IMG/VR virus record: IMGVR_UViG_3300005965_000006
Coordinates: 1-57,303 of that record
Reading direction: 5' to 3' (one strand)
Source of the DNA: a virus
Lineage: Duplodnaviria; Caudoviricetes
Length of the DNA: 57,303 nt
Shown here: positions 1-8,944 of the stretch, piece after piece
How the letters are laid out: each line of letters begins with the position of its first letter
Position numbering within the stretch: the first letter of the stretch is position 1
Made by a program: the position numbers and the translations under genes
The notes under the pieces: generated by a model
The model's input: the letters and a program-made list of their open reading frames with translations, nothing else
The model's database searches: none
What the model was told of the DNA's origin: nothing

Positions 1-72
1 AAGATCATCTCTAAAATCTACTAACATCTCACAACACTCTGAGAACTGGTTTATAACTCCTAACTTTTCCAT
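1..72 (-). CDS. 5' part of a small early protein (MEKLGVINQFSECCEMLVDFRDDL...), variant of 56970..57203; runs off the window
   Basis: ATG at 72 with GAAAGGAAGG RBS; near-identical to the N-terminus of 56970..57203. Confidence 0.7.
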   Translation of the reverse strand, partial: MEKLGVINQFSECCEMLVDFRDDL

Positions 73-172
73 GAGGTCCTTCCTTTCAAATGTTACTAAT
101 ACAAACTAATGGTTTCAATATTCATTATACTTATATTATAATTTAATAATTGTCAAAAGTGAATCTGCTTAG
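1..172. repeat. Terminal direct repeat or assembly overlap with 57132-57303
   Basis: 1-50 matches 57132-57181 and 60-172 matches 57191-57303 exactly; there are 3 substitutions in between (51, 58, 59). Confidence 0.9.
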
Positions 173-230
173 GAACACAATGCCTCATGTGTTGACAACT
201 CTAACAACGACCGTGCCTCATGACTGAGGT
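61..230 (-). promoter_or_regulatory. Repeated early promoter/leader cassette, copy A
   Basis: The minus strand reads TTCACT-17 bp-TATAAT (163-158, 140-135), then a leader, RBS and ATG. Near-identical copies lie at 55111-55217, 56656-56830 and 57191-57303. Confidence 0.75.
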
Positions 231-385
231 AGTGAATGGGCTAGTTATAAAGGGTAGGTTAATAACTAGCCAGTTATAACTAGCCTGTTGGGTGGTTAAA
301 TAAAATCAATATTAAATTATAATAATATTATAAGGTTGAATAATTAAACCTTATTATGTTATTATTTTATTATAGGAGATTTATC

Positions 386-526
386 ATGTTCAACAAAACT
401 TCGGACCTTATTAAACATGTTTTAGCCGATTTTGAACTTATTCGGAATAATCCGGATAACTATGAGGAAATAGTTGAAAGGTATGAAAACCTCTATAATT
501 ATTATCTTGAGGTTGAGGGGGATTAA
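386..526 (+). CDS. Small acidic hypothetical protein (46 aa, MFNKTSDLIK...YLEVEGD)
   Basis: AGGAGA RBS; ATG at 386, TAA at 524-526; followed by a GAGGGGG/CCCCCTC hairpin. Below the ORF-track cutoff. Confidence 0.65.
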   Translation: MFNKTSDLIKHVLADFELIRNNPDNYEEIVERYENLYNYYLEVEGD

Positions 527-550
527 ACCCCCTCCCCTTATTAATTCAAA

Positions 551-581
551 AAAGACCTCTTGGCTAGTCCAAGAGGTCTTT
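551..581. terminator. Bidirectional hairpin built from two copies of the dispersed motif
   Basis: AAAGACCTCTTGG-ctagt-CCAAGAGGTCTTT, flanked by A and T tracts, between convergent ORFs. Confidence 0.7.
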
Positions 582-598
582 GATTTTAGGGGAATTAA

Positions 599-688
599 CT
601 ATAAGGAATTAGCTATACCTCTTACTATACAAGTGAGTAATAGTAATGTTACTATTACCCAATAAGGGTCCATATTCTCTTCATTCAT
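599..688 (-). CDS. Small membrane peptide (29 aa, MNEENMDPYWVIVTLLLLTCIVRGIANSL)
   Basis: GAAAGGAG RBS; single hydrophobic stretch; paralog at 56887..56967. Confidence 0.65.
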   Translation of the reverse strand: MNEENMDPYWVIVTLLLLTCIVRGIANSL

Positions 689-718
689 GATACTATTCTC
701 CTTTCTTAATTACACACA

Positions 719-1222
719 ATTGAATACTAAACACATGACTATTAGACAATGGATTACTAGCTAGCTGGCTGAGCTATTTTCATATCTTTTTCATTGAGTT
801 GTTTAAGTAATGTGTCTTGATACTTTGTGGCTAATTCTAACAAGATTTTGTCTCTAGATTTCTTGTCAAGACTATCAACATAGTTCTTGAATTGAACTCT
901 AATCTTAGACTTTGAGTCTTGTTGTTTCATTTTGTTCTTATACCAACTAATACATTGACTAGTAGTCTTAGTTGTCAATCCATATTTTTCAAATATCATT
1001 TGAACTAAGTCAGCCGCCTGGTTAGCAGTCAGCTTGACACCATCTTGATAGTCATCAAACATGTGATTGACTATGAGAGTCTCAGCAACTACTTTAACAG
1101 TACTATTGGCATTGAACTGTGAACTATACTTCTTTACTAATTTATCCATGTGGCTACCTCGCTTTCATTTATTGTACTAATACTAAAAGGAAAGTCTAAT
1201 AGCCATGTGTATAGTATTCAAT
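719..1222. repeat. 29-bp inverted repeat pair (719-747 and 1194-1222) enclosing gene 757..1149
   Basis: ATTGAATACTAAACACATGACTATTAGAC vs GTCTAATAGCCATGTGTATAGTATTCAAT; 27 of 29 positions are complementary. Confidence 0.85.
757..1149 (-). CDS. Putative HTH-like DNA-binding protein, 'IxWY[KR]' paralog 1
   Basis: GAAAGCGAGGT RBS; motif TTSQCISWYKNKMK; aligns by eye with 48130, 49640 and 52420. Confidence 0.7.
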   Translation of the reverse strand: MDKLVKKYSSQFNANSTVKVVAETLIVNHMFDDYQDGVKLTANQAADLVQMIFEKYGLTTKTTSQCISWYKNKMKQQDSKSKIRVQFKNYVDSLDKKSRDKILLELATKYQDTLLKQLNEKDMKIAQPAS

Positions 1223-1453
1223 ACGTATTCAATTGTCAAGGTTCAAATTTGATTTGTTGTATTTTTGATTATATATGTATTATAGTCTTTGATTGAATGT
1301 TTTTAATCGCCTGTGTGACTAGTTCTAACTGTCTAATTAAAATATAATATCATAAACCACCAGGGTTAGTACACCTGTTCATTGTCTAAACAATTTTTCC
1401 CATGTGGGATTTAGCTAATGTAGATAGTAGTGATGCTAACTAGCTGTAGTGTT

Positions 1454-1810
1454 CGGTGGGCCGAAGGGCCTAGACAGGTTATTACAAGAATGCCTAGACA
1501 GGTTACTACAAGGTTGTAACAATCGGTGGGCCGAAGGGCCTAATACAGGTTATTACAAGAACCTAGTATAGGTTACTACAAGAACCTAGTATAGGTTACT
1601 ACAAGACTGTAACAATCGGTGGTCCGGAGGGCCTGGTGTCCGGACTGGCCTGGGAGCCAACCACCTGTGTGGCTTACAAACCTTCAGGTCTAGTAACCTT
1701 ACTACCAACCACCTGTGTGGCTTACAAACCTTCAGGTCTAGTAACCTTACTACCAACCACCTGTGTAGCCTGGGGGCCTAGGAGCCTAGTAACCTTACTA
1801 CCAACCAACA
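1454..1810. repeat. Complex tandem repeats: ~23-bp AGGTTAYTACAAG units, then ~3 x 48-bp units; probable packaging/terminus or origin region
   Basis: Five AGGTTAYTACAAG units in ~1476-1605, three CGGTGGKCCGRAGGGCCT, and 48-bp CCAACCACCTGTGT...TAGTAACCTTACTA units in ~1657-1808. Confidence 0.85.
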
Positions 1811-1950
1811 GGGCAGCCTAAGAGCCTTGGGACCTGGAAGCCTGGATACCAGACGGCAGGCTGGGGTACTAGCCTATGGACTACTGGTTGTGTGACTAGA
1901 GGGCCCGGGGGGCGAACCAGCCAGGTGGGCTAGGTCAGGTGGCCCGTAGC

Positions 1951-2082
1951 TAATAAAACACAGCCCATTTTTTGGTCTGGAAGGTTCCAACTACGGGAAT
2001 ATATAATACCGTAATAATAAAACACAGCCCATTTTTGGTCTGGAAGGTTCCAACTACGGGAATATATAATACCGTAATAATA
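1951..2082. repeat. Tandem duplication of ~63 bp
   Basis: TAATAAAACACAGCCCATTTTT(T)GGTCTGGAAGGTTCCAACTACGGGAATATATAATACCGTAA occurs twice; the copies differ only in T-run length. Confidence 0.9.
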
Positions 2083-2376
2083 AATTAGTAGCACGGCTGT
2101 ACGACACACCGATAAAACAACACGAATTTTTGCAATGTAAAAATATTACAGTGCCGTATGTGCCGTATGCGCCTGGTAGCTTAGAAGTGTTGCTATGACT
2201 GTATTTCGGCGGCACCGCGAGAGCACATAGTCTATGTATAGATATGTGCTTTTTTACTTAGTTATTGCCTACATATAGATAGTTCCATTGCTTAGGCTCG
2301 CCTACCCCTCGCGCGCAGGTATGTGCTAATTTTTCTTGGATTTCTCGGACAATGGGACAGAAAATTAATCAAATCC

Positions 2377-2520
2377 AATAACGGTATTATACAAAATCTT
2401 TTGGTCGATGGACAAATAATGGTATTATATAAAATCTTTTGGTCGCCGATGGACAAATAACTGTATTATACAAAATCTTTTGGCCGATGTACAAATAAAA
2501 CTTATTATGATATTATATAA
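2377..2520 (+). repeat. Three ~38-bp tandem units ending in a sigma70-type promoter
   Basis: AATAA..GTATTATA.AAAATCTTTTGG.CGATG.AC x3; the last unit runs into TGTACA-17-TATTAT with an extended TG, upstream of 2550. Confidence 0.7.
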
Positions 2521-2549
2521 GCATAATAAAGCAATACTTTGGGGTAAGC

Positions 2550-2852
2550 ATGAAACAGTGTAGTAAATGTAAAGAATATTATGAGGCTAACTTAAATAAT
2601 TTCCCTAGGGACAGTCGAACCAGAGATGGTCTTAGTAGTCATTGCAAGAACTGTGTTAGATTATATAATAGAAAGAATAGTCTTGCCTATTATGCGCGTA
2701 AAAAGGGAATGACTCTTATAGAATATTATAAATACCTTGAGGAAAAGTTTCCATATAAGAAAGAAGACTATATAGAGAAACGTGAAGAGTTAGAACATAA
2801 GGAACGATTAAAAGTAGAACCTAAATTAATAGTCAATGGAAGGATATTTTAA
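2550..2852 (+). CDS. Zinc-finger protein (CxxC...CxxC of the type found N-terminal to HNH endonucleases)
   Basis: MKQCSKC...RDGLSSHCKNC; no nuclease domain visible. Confidence 0.65.
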   Translation: MKQCSKCKEYYEANLNNFPRDSRTRDGLSSHCKNCVRLYNRKNSLAYYARKKGMTLIEYYKYLEEKFPYKKEDYIEKREELEHKERLKVEPKLIVNGRIF

Positions 2853-3190
2853 TGTATACAAAGGAACAGTTGAACCAAATAGCCACAGTTTTAGGTATAG
2901 ATATTGAGGACGTGAAAGGTGATATTGTAGAAAATCATTCTATTAGCCTTGATATAAAGAAAAGAATAAAGCGTATTGAGAAGAAAATACGTATTAGACA
3001 GATACGGATAAAATTAAACCAACAAAAATTAGATTTTGGAATAGAGCCCCATCGGGCCGCCCATCAACGGGCCCAAATTAAGTATGACCTTTATGACCTA
3101 CCATTACTAGAGAATGAGATTGAAGAAGCAAACAATGAGTTAGAGCGTGCAATGGAGAAATTATGTAATGAGCTTTTCCCAGGAGAATGA
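2852..3190 (+). CDS. Hypothetical coiled-coil protein
   Basis: Start overlaps the upstream stop codon; helical, charged composition. Confidence 0.6.
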   Translation: MYTKEQLNQIATVLGIDIEDVKGDIVENHSISLDIKKRIKRIEKKIRIRQIRIKLNQQKLDFGIEPHRAAHQRAQIKYDLYDLPLLENEIEEANNELERAMEKLCNELFPGE

Positions 3191-3803
3191 TAAGGACTTC
3201 ATTATAGATGATGAGAACATCATCGAGCCTGAAGAGGTCCTTGAGCAGACGGTCGAGAGGACGAAAGATGAGTTGGAAGCTCTACCCTATCAGCTTACGA
3301 AGACTCAGCTGACAGAAGGGCAGAAGGCCAACAGGTCCTTCCACCTCAAGAAGACAATGAAAGAGAAGTTTAATGTCCCGGAGTCCAAGTGGAAGAGGTT
3401 TCTCCACCCGAGTATCCGGGAGAAGTTTTTGCATTATGTCCGGGAGACCGGGAGCCTGACGGGTGCTGTGGTCAAGCTGAGGAAGAGGCAGGAGTTCGAT
3501 ATAGCAGCCAGCACTGTGAAGAATCTAATAAATAGATTCCCCACATTCGGTCTTATGTACGAGGAGGCCATTGAGGAATATAAGTTCTGCCTGGAAGAAG
3601 AGGCCAAACGACGGGCAGTAGATGGAGTAGACGAAGCAGTCTATTACCAGGGTGAAGTTTGTGGTTATCAGAAGAAATATAGTGATTCATTATTAAGCAA
3701 GCTCTTAGAGGCTAATGTTGGAAAGTATCAGAAGAAAAGTGCTGGTGGCAGCAACACATTTAATGGACCGATTCAGATTAATATAAAGAAGGATTTTGGA
3801 TGA
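3168..3803 (+). CDS. terS: Terminase small subunit
   Basis: Motif LEEEAKRRAVDG..VYYQG...KYSDSLL is typical of phage TerS; directly upstream of TerL; start uncertain (3147 or 3168). Confidence 0.8.
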   Translation: MSFSQENDKDFIIDDENIIEPEEVLEQTVERTKDELEALPYQLTKTQLTEGQKANRSFHLKKTMKEKFNVPESKWKRFLHPSIREKFLHYVRETGSLTGAVVKLRKRQEFDIAASTVKNLINRFPTFGLMYEEAIEEYKFCLEEEAKRRAVDGVDEAVYYQGEVCGYQKKYSDSLLSKLLEANVGKYQKKSAGGSNTFNGPIQINIKKDFG

Positions 3804-3873
3804 TGGAAAAATTAGCTTCTTGGACCTGTCTTCAAGTACGTGAGTTGAGGAGTCAACCTATGGGAGGATTGCT

Positions 3874-6309
3874 TTGTTAGTTCAGAATCAAGAGATTAAC
3901 TTACCTCACAACTGGGAACCTTGGGAACATCAGCTCCCGGGGTGGAATGCTATGATGAAGAGGAACATCAAGAGAGCTGTCTGGGTCTGGCACCGTCGGG
4001 CCGGGAAGGATTTGACCGCTTTGAATGTTCTCGTCTGCAAGGCGTTAGAGAGAGTCGGGGTCTATTGGTATGTGTTGCCTGAGTACGCGCAGGCTCGTAA
4101 GATTATCTGGGGCGGTCAGCGGGACGATGGTAAGAAGTTTATAGACCACATACCCGAGGAGCTCATTAAAAGGAAGCGTGACGACACTATGTTCCTGGAG
4201 CTCATTAACGGCTCTACTATCCACATGATTGGTTCCGATAAAGCTGACTCTCTTGTAGGAACTAACCCTGTGGGGGTTATATTTTCCGAGTACAGTATCC
4301 AGAATCCGAAGGCCTGGAACCTCGTTCGTCCTATTCTTAATGCGAACAATGGTTGGGCTATATTTGTTTATACACCTAGGGGATACAACCACGGGTTTGA
4401 CCTTTATGAAATGGCCAAGAAGCAGGAAGAAAAATTTCCCGAGAGATGGCACGTGCAGCTTCTCACAGTAGATGATACGGACAAGATACTTGTTGGGGAT
4501 GATGGTAATTGGTTAAAAGATGAAGATGGCAATTGGATTCGGGGGCCCATTGTTACTGAGGAGATGATGGATGAAGACAGGGCGACCGGTATGCCCGAGG
4601 AGATGGTTCAACAGGAATATTATTGCTTTAAGCCCGAGGCGCCTGTTGTTACTACAGTAGGCATCAAGCCTATCGGCCAGATAGAGCCTGGGGACCTTGT
4701 GCTTACTGACAAGAATAGGTATAAGCCAGTTAAAAATATTATCAGTAGACCGTATAGCGGGGAATTAGTAAGAATTAAATCTTACGGTAATAATGACGAT
4801 ATTATTTGCACACCAGAGCACCCGATTAAATTGGTAGACAAATCTACTCAAACGTATAGATGGGAACAAGCTCAGAATATACAGATAGGCGATAGGTTAA
4901 CTTTTCCACGAGTCAATCTTGGTAAAAATCCTATTGTCAAAAAAGAAATGGCCCAGTTAATTGGCTGGTTTATTGCTGAAGGCTCAATTAGTAATAATCA
5001 AGTTAACTTTACTTTAAATATTACTGAGGTATCTTACCAGCAAGAGATTCAAAATTTACTAACTTCTCTTGGCTATGCCAGTAAGGTATATCTAAACAAA
5101 AAAGGCAATAGTCAAAATATAGTAGTTAATTCTGTGGAGCTCCAACAATTTTTAATTTCTACTTGTGGTTGTGGTGCTAAGTATAAGAAAATACCCTTTG
5201 GGCTTATCTCTAGCTATGAGAAAGAAGTTTTTGATTGTTTAATGAAAGGCGATGGTTGTATAAAGACCGAGGCTAGTCACAAAAGGCAACATTTGCTTTC
5301 TTACGCAACTGTCTCTCAGTCTCTAGCCTATCAAGTACAGTTGTTAGCTCATTCTCTAGGTTATACTGCTGGAATATCTAAGCGAGTAAGCTCACCAAGT
5401 CAAATACAGGGAAGAGCAATAAAACCTGGTGAGTATTACACAATTCAGATAAATCAGCCGAAAGAAGCCACTAAAATGGGTATACATAAGTATAGTGTGT
5501 CAGGTTATGTAAAAGAAATTACTAGAGAACAGTATACAGGTAGAGTGTATAATTTGTCTGTCCTAGGCGATGAATCCTATGTGGTGTGCGGGCGTAGTGT
5601 ACATAATTGTTCCTTCGACGCCGCGATGGTGGGCTCCTATTACGGAGACCTGATGACGGCCGCCCGTAAAGAGGACCGTATTGGTGAGTTCCCTTATGAT
5701 GAACGGTTCCCTGTACATACTTGCTGGGACCTTGGTAAGGCTGACGCTACTTCTGTATGGTTCATGCAGATTATTAATAAGAAGTTATACTGGATTGATT
5801 ATCAGGAGTGGAAGGGTAAATCTTTCCAGGAGATTATTAAAGAAGTGAAGGAGAAGCCGTATGTATACGGAACGCACTTGGGACCGCATGACCTTAAGGT
5901 ATCTGACTATACTTCTCGCCAGTCTCGATGGGCTATTGCAAAAGGTCTGGGTATACGGTTCAGTATCGTTCCGAAGTTATCCATCCAGGACGGCATTGAT
6001 GCTGTTAGGAGAGTATTGCCGCGTTCTCATTTTGATAGAGAGAAGGCTGCTCAGGGGATTGCGTGCCTATGTCAATACCAGAAAACCTATGATGATGTAC
6101 GGAAGATTTATTCGGACAAACCACTCCATAACTGGTGTTCTCATGGCTCTGACGCCTTCAGAACCTATGCTGTGGGTGCTCATTTCATTCGCGAGAATAT
6201 TGAAGATGAGTTCAACTCTCCTGGAGTTGCTAAGGCAGATTACGACCTTTTCACACATGAGGGGGTTGACAAGAAATATATTGCTGGGTCGGATTATGAT
6301 ATAATGTAG
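3874..6309 (+). CDS. terL: Terminase large subunit, intein-containing
   Basis: Walker A-like HRRAGKD, Walker B-like VIFSEY, TPRG coupling motif, RNase H-like WDLG and HGSDAFR. Confidence 0.95.
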   Translation: MLVQNQEINLPHNWEPWEHQLPGWNAMMKRNIKRAVWVWHRRAGKDLTALNVLVCKALERVGVYWYVLPEYAQARKIIWGGQRDDGKKFIDHIPEELIKRKRDDTMFLELINGSTIHMIGSDKADSLVGTNPVGVIFSEYSIQNPKAWNLVRPILNANNGWAIFVYTPRGYNHGFDLYEMAKKQEEKFPERWHVQLLTVDDTDKILVGDDGNWLKDEDGNWIRGPIVTEEMMDEDRATGMPEEMVQQEYYCFKPEAPVVTTVGIKPIGQIEPGDLVLTDKNRYKPVKNIISRPYSGELVRIKSYGNNDDIICTPEHPIKLVDKSTQTYRWEQAQNIQIGDRLTFPRVNLGKNPIVKKEMAQLIGWFIAEGSISNNQVNFTLNITEVSYQQEIQNLLTSLGYASKVYLNKKGNSQNIVVNSVELQQFLISTCGCGAKYKKIPFGLISSYEKEVFDCLMKGDGCIKTEASHKRQHLLSYATVSQSLAYQVQLLAHSLGYTAGISKRVSSPSQIQGRAIKPGEYYTIQINQPKEATKMGIHKYSVSGYVKEITREQYTGRVYNLSVLGDESYVVCGRSVHNCSFDAAMVGSYYGDLMTAARKEDRIGEFPYDERFPVHTCWDLGKADATSVWFMQIINKKLYWIDYQEWKGKSFQEIIKEVKEKPYVYGTHLGPHDLKVSDYTSRQSRWAIAKGLGIRFSIVPKLSIQDGIDAVRRVLPRSHFDREKAAQGIACLCQYQKTYDDVRKIYSDKPLHNWCSHGSDAFRTYAVGAHFIRENIEDEFNSPGVAKADYDLFTHEGVDKKYIAGSDYDIM
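4624..5607 (+). mobile_element. Intein (328 aa) with LAGLIDADG homing endonuclease inside TerL
   Basis: QEYY|CFKPEAPV start; block B CTPEHP; LAGLIDADG helices LIGWFIAEGS and LMKGDG; VYNLSV...VHN|C end; removal restores QEYYCSF. Confidence 0.93.
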
Positions 6310-6318
6310 CGGGTTAAG

Positions 6319-6618
6319 ATGGAAATACTTAATGGTAATAAAGATAATATAGTAAGGCTCCCTGAAAGATACCAAGTTGATGGTTTTCAAGATATTCATA
6401 GGGGTTTTATATTACCGTGGTCCGATATAGATAGGTCTGAGGTTAAGATATTCAATTTTACTGATGAGGATACAGGTGAAAATGTCTCTTATTATGTAGT
6501 ACGGGTAGACCTTAAAGGTGGCTCACGTATTTATATAAAGGCTGATACTGAGGACGAAGCTTATCTTATAGAACGTGACCTAAATAAGATTAGAATGAAT
6601 GAGCTTAACAGAGTATGA
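6319..6618 (+). CDS. Hypothetical protein
   Basis: ORF in operon position after terL. Confidence 0.6.
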   Translation: MEILNGNKDNIVRLPERYQVDGFQDIHRGFILPWSDIDRSEVKIFNFTDEDTGENVSYYVVRVDLKGGSRIYIKADTEDEAYLIERDLNKIRMNELNRV

Positions 6619-6664
6619 TATTATAATATTATAGGTTAATTAGTTTGATTAAGGGAGATAAATA

Positions 6665-6877
6665 ATGGGTTCACCTAAACCTAAACCACAACCTTATCAG
6701 CCACCACCAGCTCCCAAACCTCCGAAGAAAGATACACAAGTCCAAGAGGAGGTTGCTGAAACTTCAAGGGTCGCTCGTCAAAAACGGCGTTTTGCAGGCG
6801 GTTATCGTTCCACTATACTTACAGGTGGACTCGGTGTATTAGATGAGGCTAGTACAAGGCGAAATACGTTAGGATAA
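6665..6877 (+). CDS. Small Pro-rich virion-associated protein preceding the portal
   Basis: MGSPKPKP...PPP and GYRSTILTG...TLG ending, a pattern common before podovirus portals; AAGGGAG RBS. Confidence 0.7.
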   Translation: MGSPKPKPQPYQPPPAPKPPKKDTQVQEEVAETSRVARQKRRFAGGYRSTILTGGLGVLDEASTRRNTLG

Positions 6878-6881
6878 ATAT

Positions 6882-8585
6882 ATGATAAGTAATAAACAGC
6901 TTAAGTTCCATATAAAACGACAAAAGGAACTCCGTGCTGGTAGAAGTAACTGGGATACAAATTGGCAAGAACTCTCAACCTATCTAGCTCCGGGGCGTAT
7001 TACTGTTAATTATAAAAGGTCCCCTGGTTCAAAGACTAAGACATTATATGACCATACTGGAGCACTTGCTGCCCAGAGACTTGCTGCTGGATTATACTCT
7101 CGTACAGTTAACCCTGCATCAAAATGGTTCTTTCTTGGTCCTGACGAACAAAATCAAGAATTATTATATATTCCTCGTGTTGCTACCTGGCTGGATAATG
7201 CTCGGGATACGGCTCAAGCAACTATGAATAAAAAAGCTGCTGGGTCGTTTTATCAAATCTACTTAGACCTGGTTACCTTGGGCTCGGCTGTTCTGTTCAT
7301 TGACGAGGTTCCTCTTAAGGGGCCTCGTTATTTTACTTATCCTATTGACCAGATAGATATTGCTGAAAATGCTGAAGGTATAGTTGATACAGTTTATAGA
7401 AGTTACAAGATGGCTCTAAGGCAGATTGAGCAAGAGTTCCCTGATACAGTTGGACAAATTAAGAAGTATGCTGAGCTTATAGATAAGGAACCAGATAAGC
7501 AATATGATATTATGCACGCTGTATTTCCACGTACAGACCGTGACCCTGATAAGTATGATAATGTTAATATGCCTGTAGCCTCAGTTTATATATTAACTGA
7601 GGAAAATCTTGTACTTCAAGAATCAGGCTATCCTGAGATGCCTTATATAGTACCACGTTTAGAGGTCCTATCTGGTGAAAAATATGGTAGAGGTCCTGGA
7701 AATATCGCTCTTCCTGAAGTCAAATCTCTTAATGAGCTTCAAAAAGTCCGCTTAGATAATGCCCACCTTAAGAGCAGGCCACCTCTTGATGTACCTCTTC
7801 ATGCGTATGTCAACCCGCTTCACATGATTCCTGGTTATAAGAACCTTAACCAAGACGAGAGTGGCAAGATTGCGAAGCCTTTGCATGTGGCTGGTGACCT
7901 CAGCTATCAGACAGCTGATATTAAAGAATCCCGTGCGATTATTAAAGAGATGTTCTATAATGACCAGCTCTATCTCAGAGAAGGGCCTCAGATGACAGCT
8001 ACTGAAGTTAGAGAACGTATGGACCTCCAAATGCAACTTATGGGTCCATGGCAAGGTAGATTAGAACCTGAGTTCTTCGAGCCTGTTGTTGTACGTACCT
8101 TAGGCATATTGATGAGACAGGGAATTATACCTCCACCTCCTGAAGAACTTATCGAGGTTGAGTATGACCACATGGCTAAAGCTTGGACACCTACAGGTGA
8201 AACAAAGAATATCAAGGTTATTTATGACTCACCACTTGCTCGGGCACAGCGGCTTGCTGATGTAAGTGTCATAGATAATACGAAAAACTCCTTGGCCCTG
8301 ATTTCATCTGTTAATCCTGAAGAGGGAATGAGAATTTCTCAACACTTTAATCTAGCTCAAATGGAAATTGATAGAGCTCGCGCCCTCGGCTTACCTAACA
8401 AATATATCAAGCAACCAGAGCAAGTTCAGGCTGAAGAGGGTGCTGCTGCTCAGAAACAACAGCAAGCTGAAGCACTTACTGTAGCTAAAGAGGGTTCTGA
8501 AGCACTTAAAAATATTAAAGATGTTCCTGGTGGTGGTAAGGTAACAAAAGATATACTTGCTAAGTTGGCTGCAATGGGAACTTAA
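6882..8585 (+). CDS. Portal (head-tail connector), T7/BPP-1 type
   Basis: 567 aa; motifs GEKYGRGPG, MTATEVRER, YDSPLARAQ. Confidence 0.93.
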   Translation: MISNKQLKFHIKRQKELRAGRSNWDTNWQELSTYLAPGRITVNYKRSPGSKTKTLYDHTGALAAQRLAAGLYSRTVNPASKWFFLGPDEQNQELLYIPRVATWLDNARDTAQATMNKKAAGSFYQIYLDLVTLGSAVLFIDEVPLKGPRYFTYPIDQIDIAENAEGIVDTVYRSYKMALRQIEQEFPDTVGQIKKYAELIDKEPDKQYDIMHAVFPRTDRDPDKYDNVNMPVASVYILTEENLVLQESGYPEMPYIVPRLEVLSGEKYGRGPGNIALPEVKSLNELQKVRLDNAHLKSRPPLDVPLHAYVNPLHMIPGYKNLNQDESGKIAKPLHVAGDLSYQTADIKESRAIIKEMFYNDQLYLREGPQMTATEVRERMDLQMQLMGPWQGRLEPEFFEPVVVRTLGILMRQGIIPPPPEELIEVEYDHMAKAWTPTGETKNIKVIYDSPLARAQRLADVSVIDNTKNSLALISSVNPEEGMRISQHFNLAQMEIDRARALGLPNKYIKQPEQVQAEEGAAAQKQQQAEALTVAKEGSEALKNIKDVPGGGKVTKDILAKLAAMGT

Positions 8586-8650
8586 GAGCATATTTACCTT
8601 GTTGTACGGTTGCGTTATGATAAAAACGTACAATATTGAGGAAAGACTAT

Positions 8651-8944
8651 ATGGGATTTAAGATATTTGATTTTTTGAACAGAAATCAACAGGACAAGTA
8701 TGATAAGCGCATAGCTAGATTATATAAAGAAGTATTTAATTCTGATGCTGGTCAGGAAGTTTTAGCTGACCTTATTATGCACAGCCACGTATTAGAGTCC
8801 ACTGAAGGTGACCTTATTAAAGAAGGTTGTCGTAAAGGGACTTTACGTATATTAGGTATACTTAATTATGACCCTAAAAAACTTCAGAAAATGACAAAGA
8901 AAATGACTAGTGTAGAAGAAGAATTAGAAGATGAGGACGAATAA
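8651..8944 (+). CDS. Conserved podovirus protein between portal and scaffold (Bbp19-like)
   Basis: YKEVFNSDAGQEVLADL...EGCR motif; synteny. Confidence 0.7.
   Translation: MGFKIFDFLNRNQQDKYDKRIARLYKEVFNSDAGQEVLADLIMHSHVLESTEGDLIKEGCRKGTLRILGILNYDPKKLQKMTKKMTSVEEELEDEDE

Noticed and set aside
151-156. TTGACA as the -35 of the repeated promoter
   Set aside because: Its spacing to TATAAT is 10 or 21 bp; TTCACT gives the proper 17 bp.
1636-1821. 61-aa repetitive ORF
   Set aside because: It is a translation of the 48-bp DNA repeat, with no RBS.
1454-2500. Possible CRISPR or mini-array
   Set aside because: Units are tandem with no unique spacers, and no cas genes are present.
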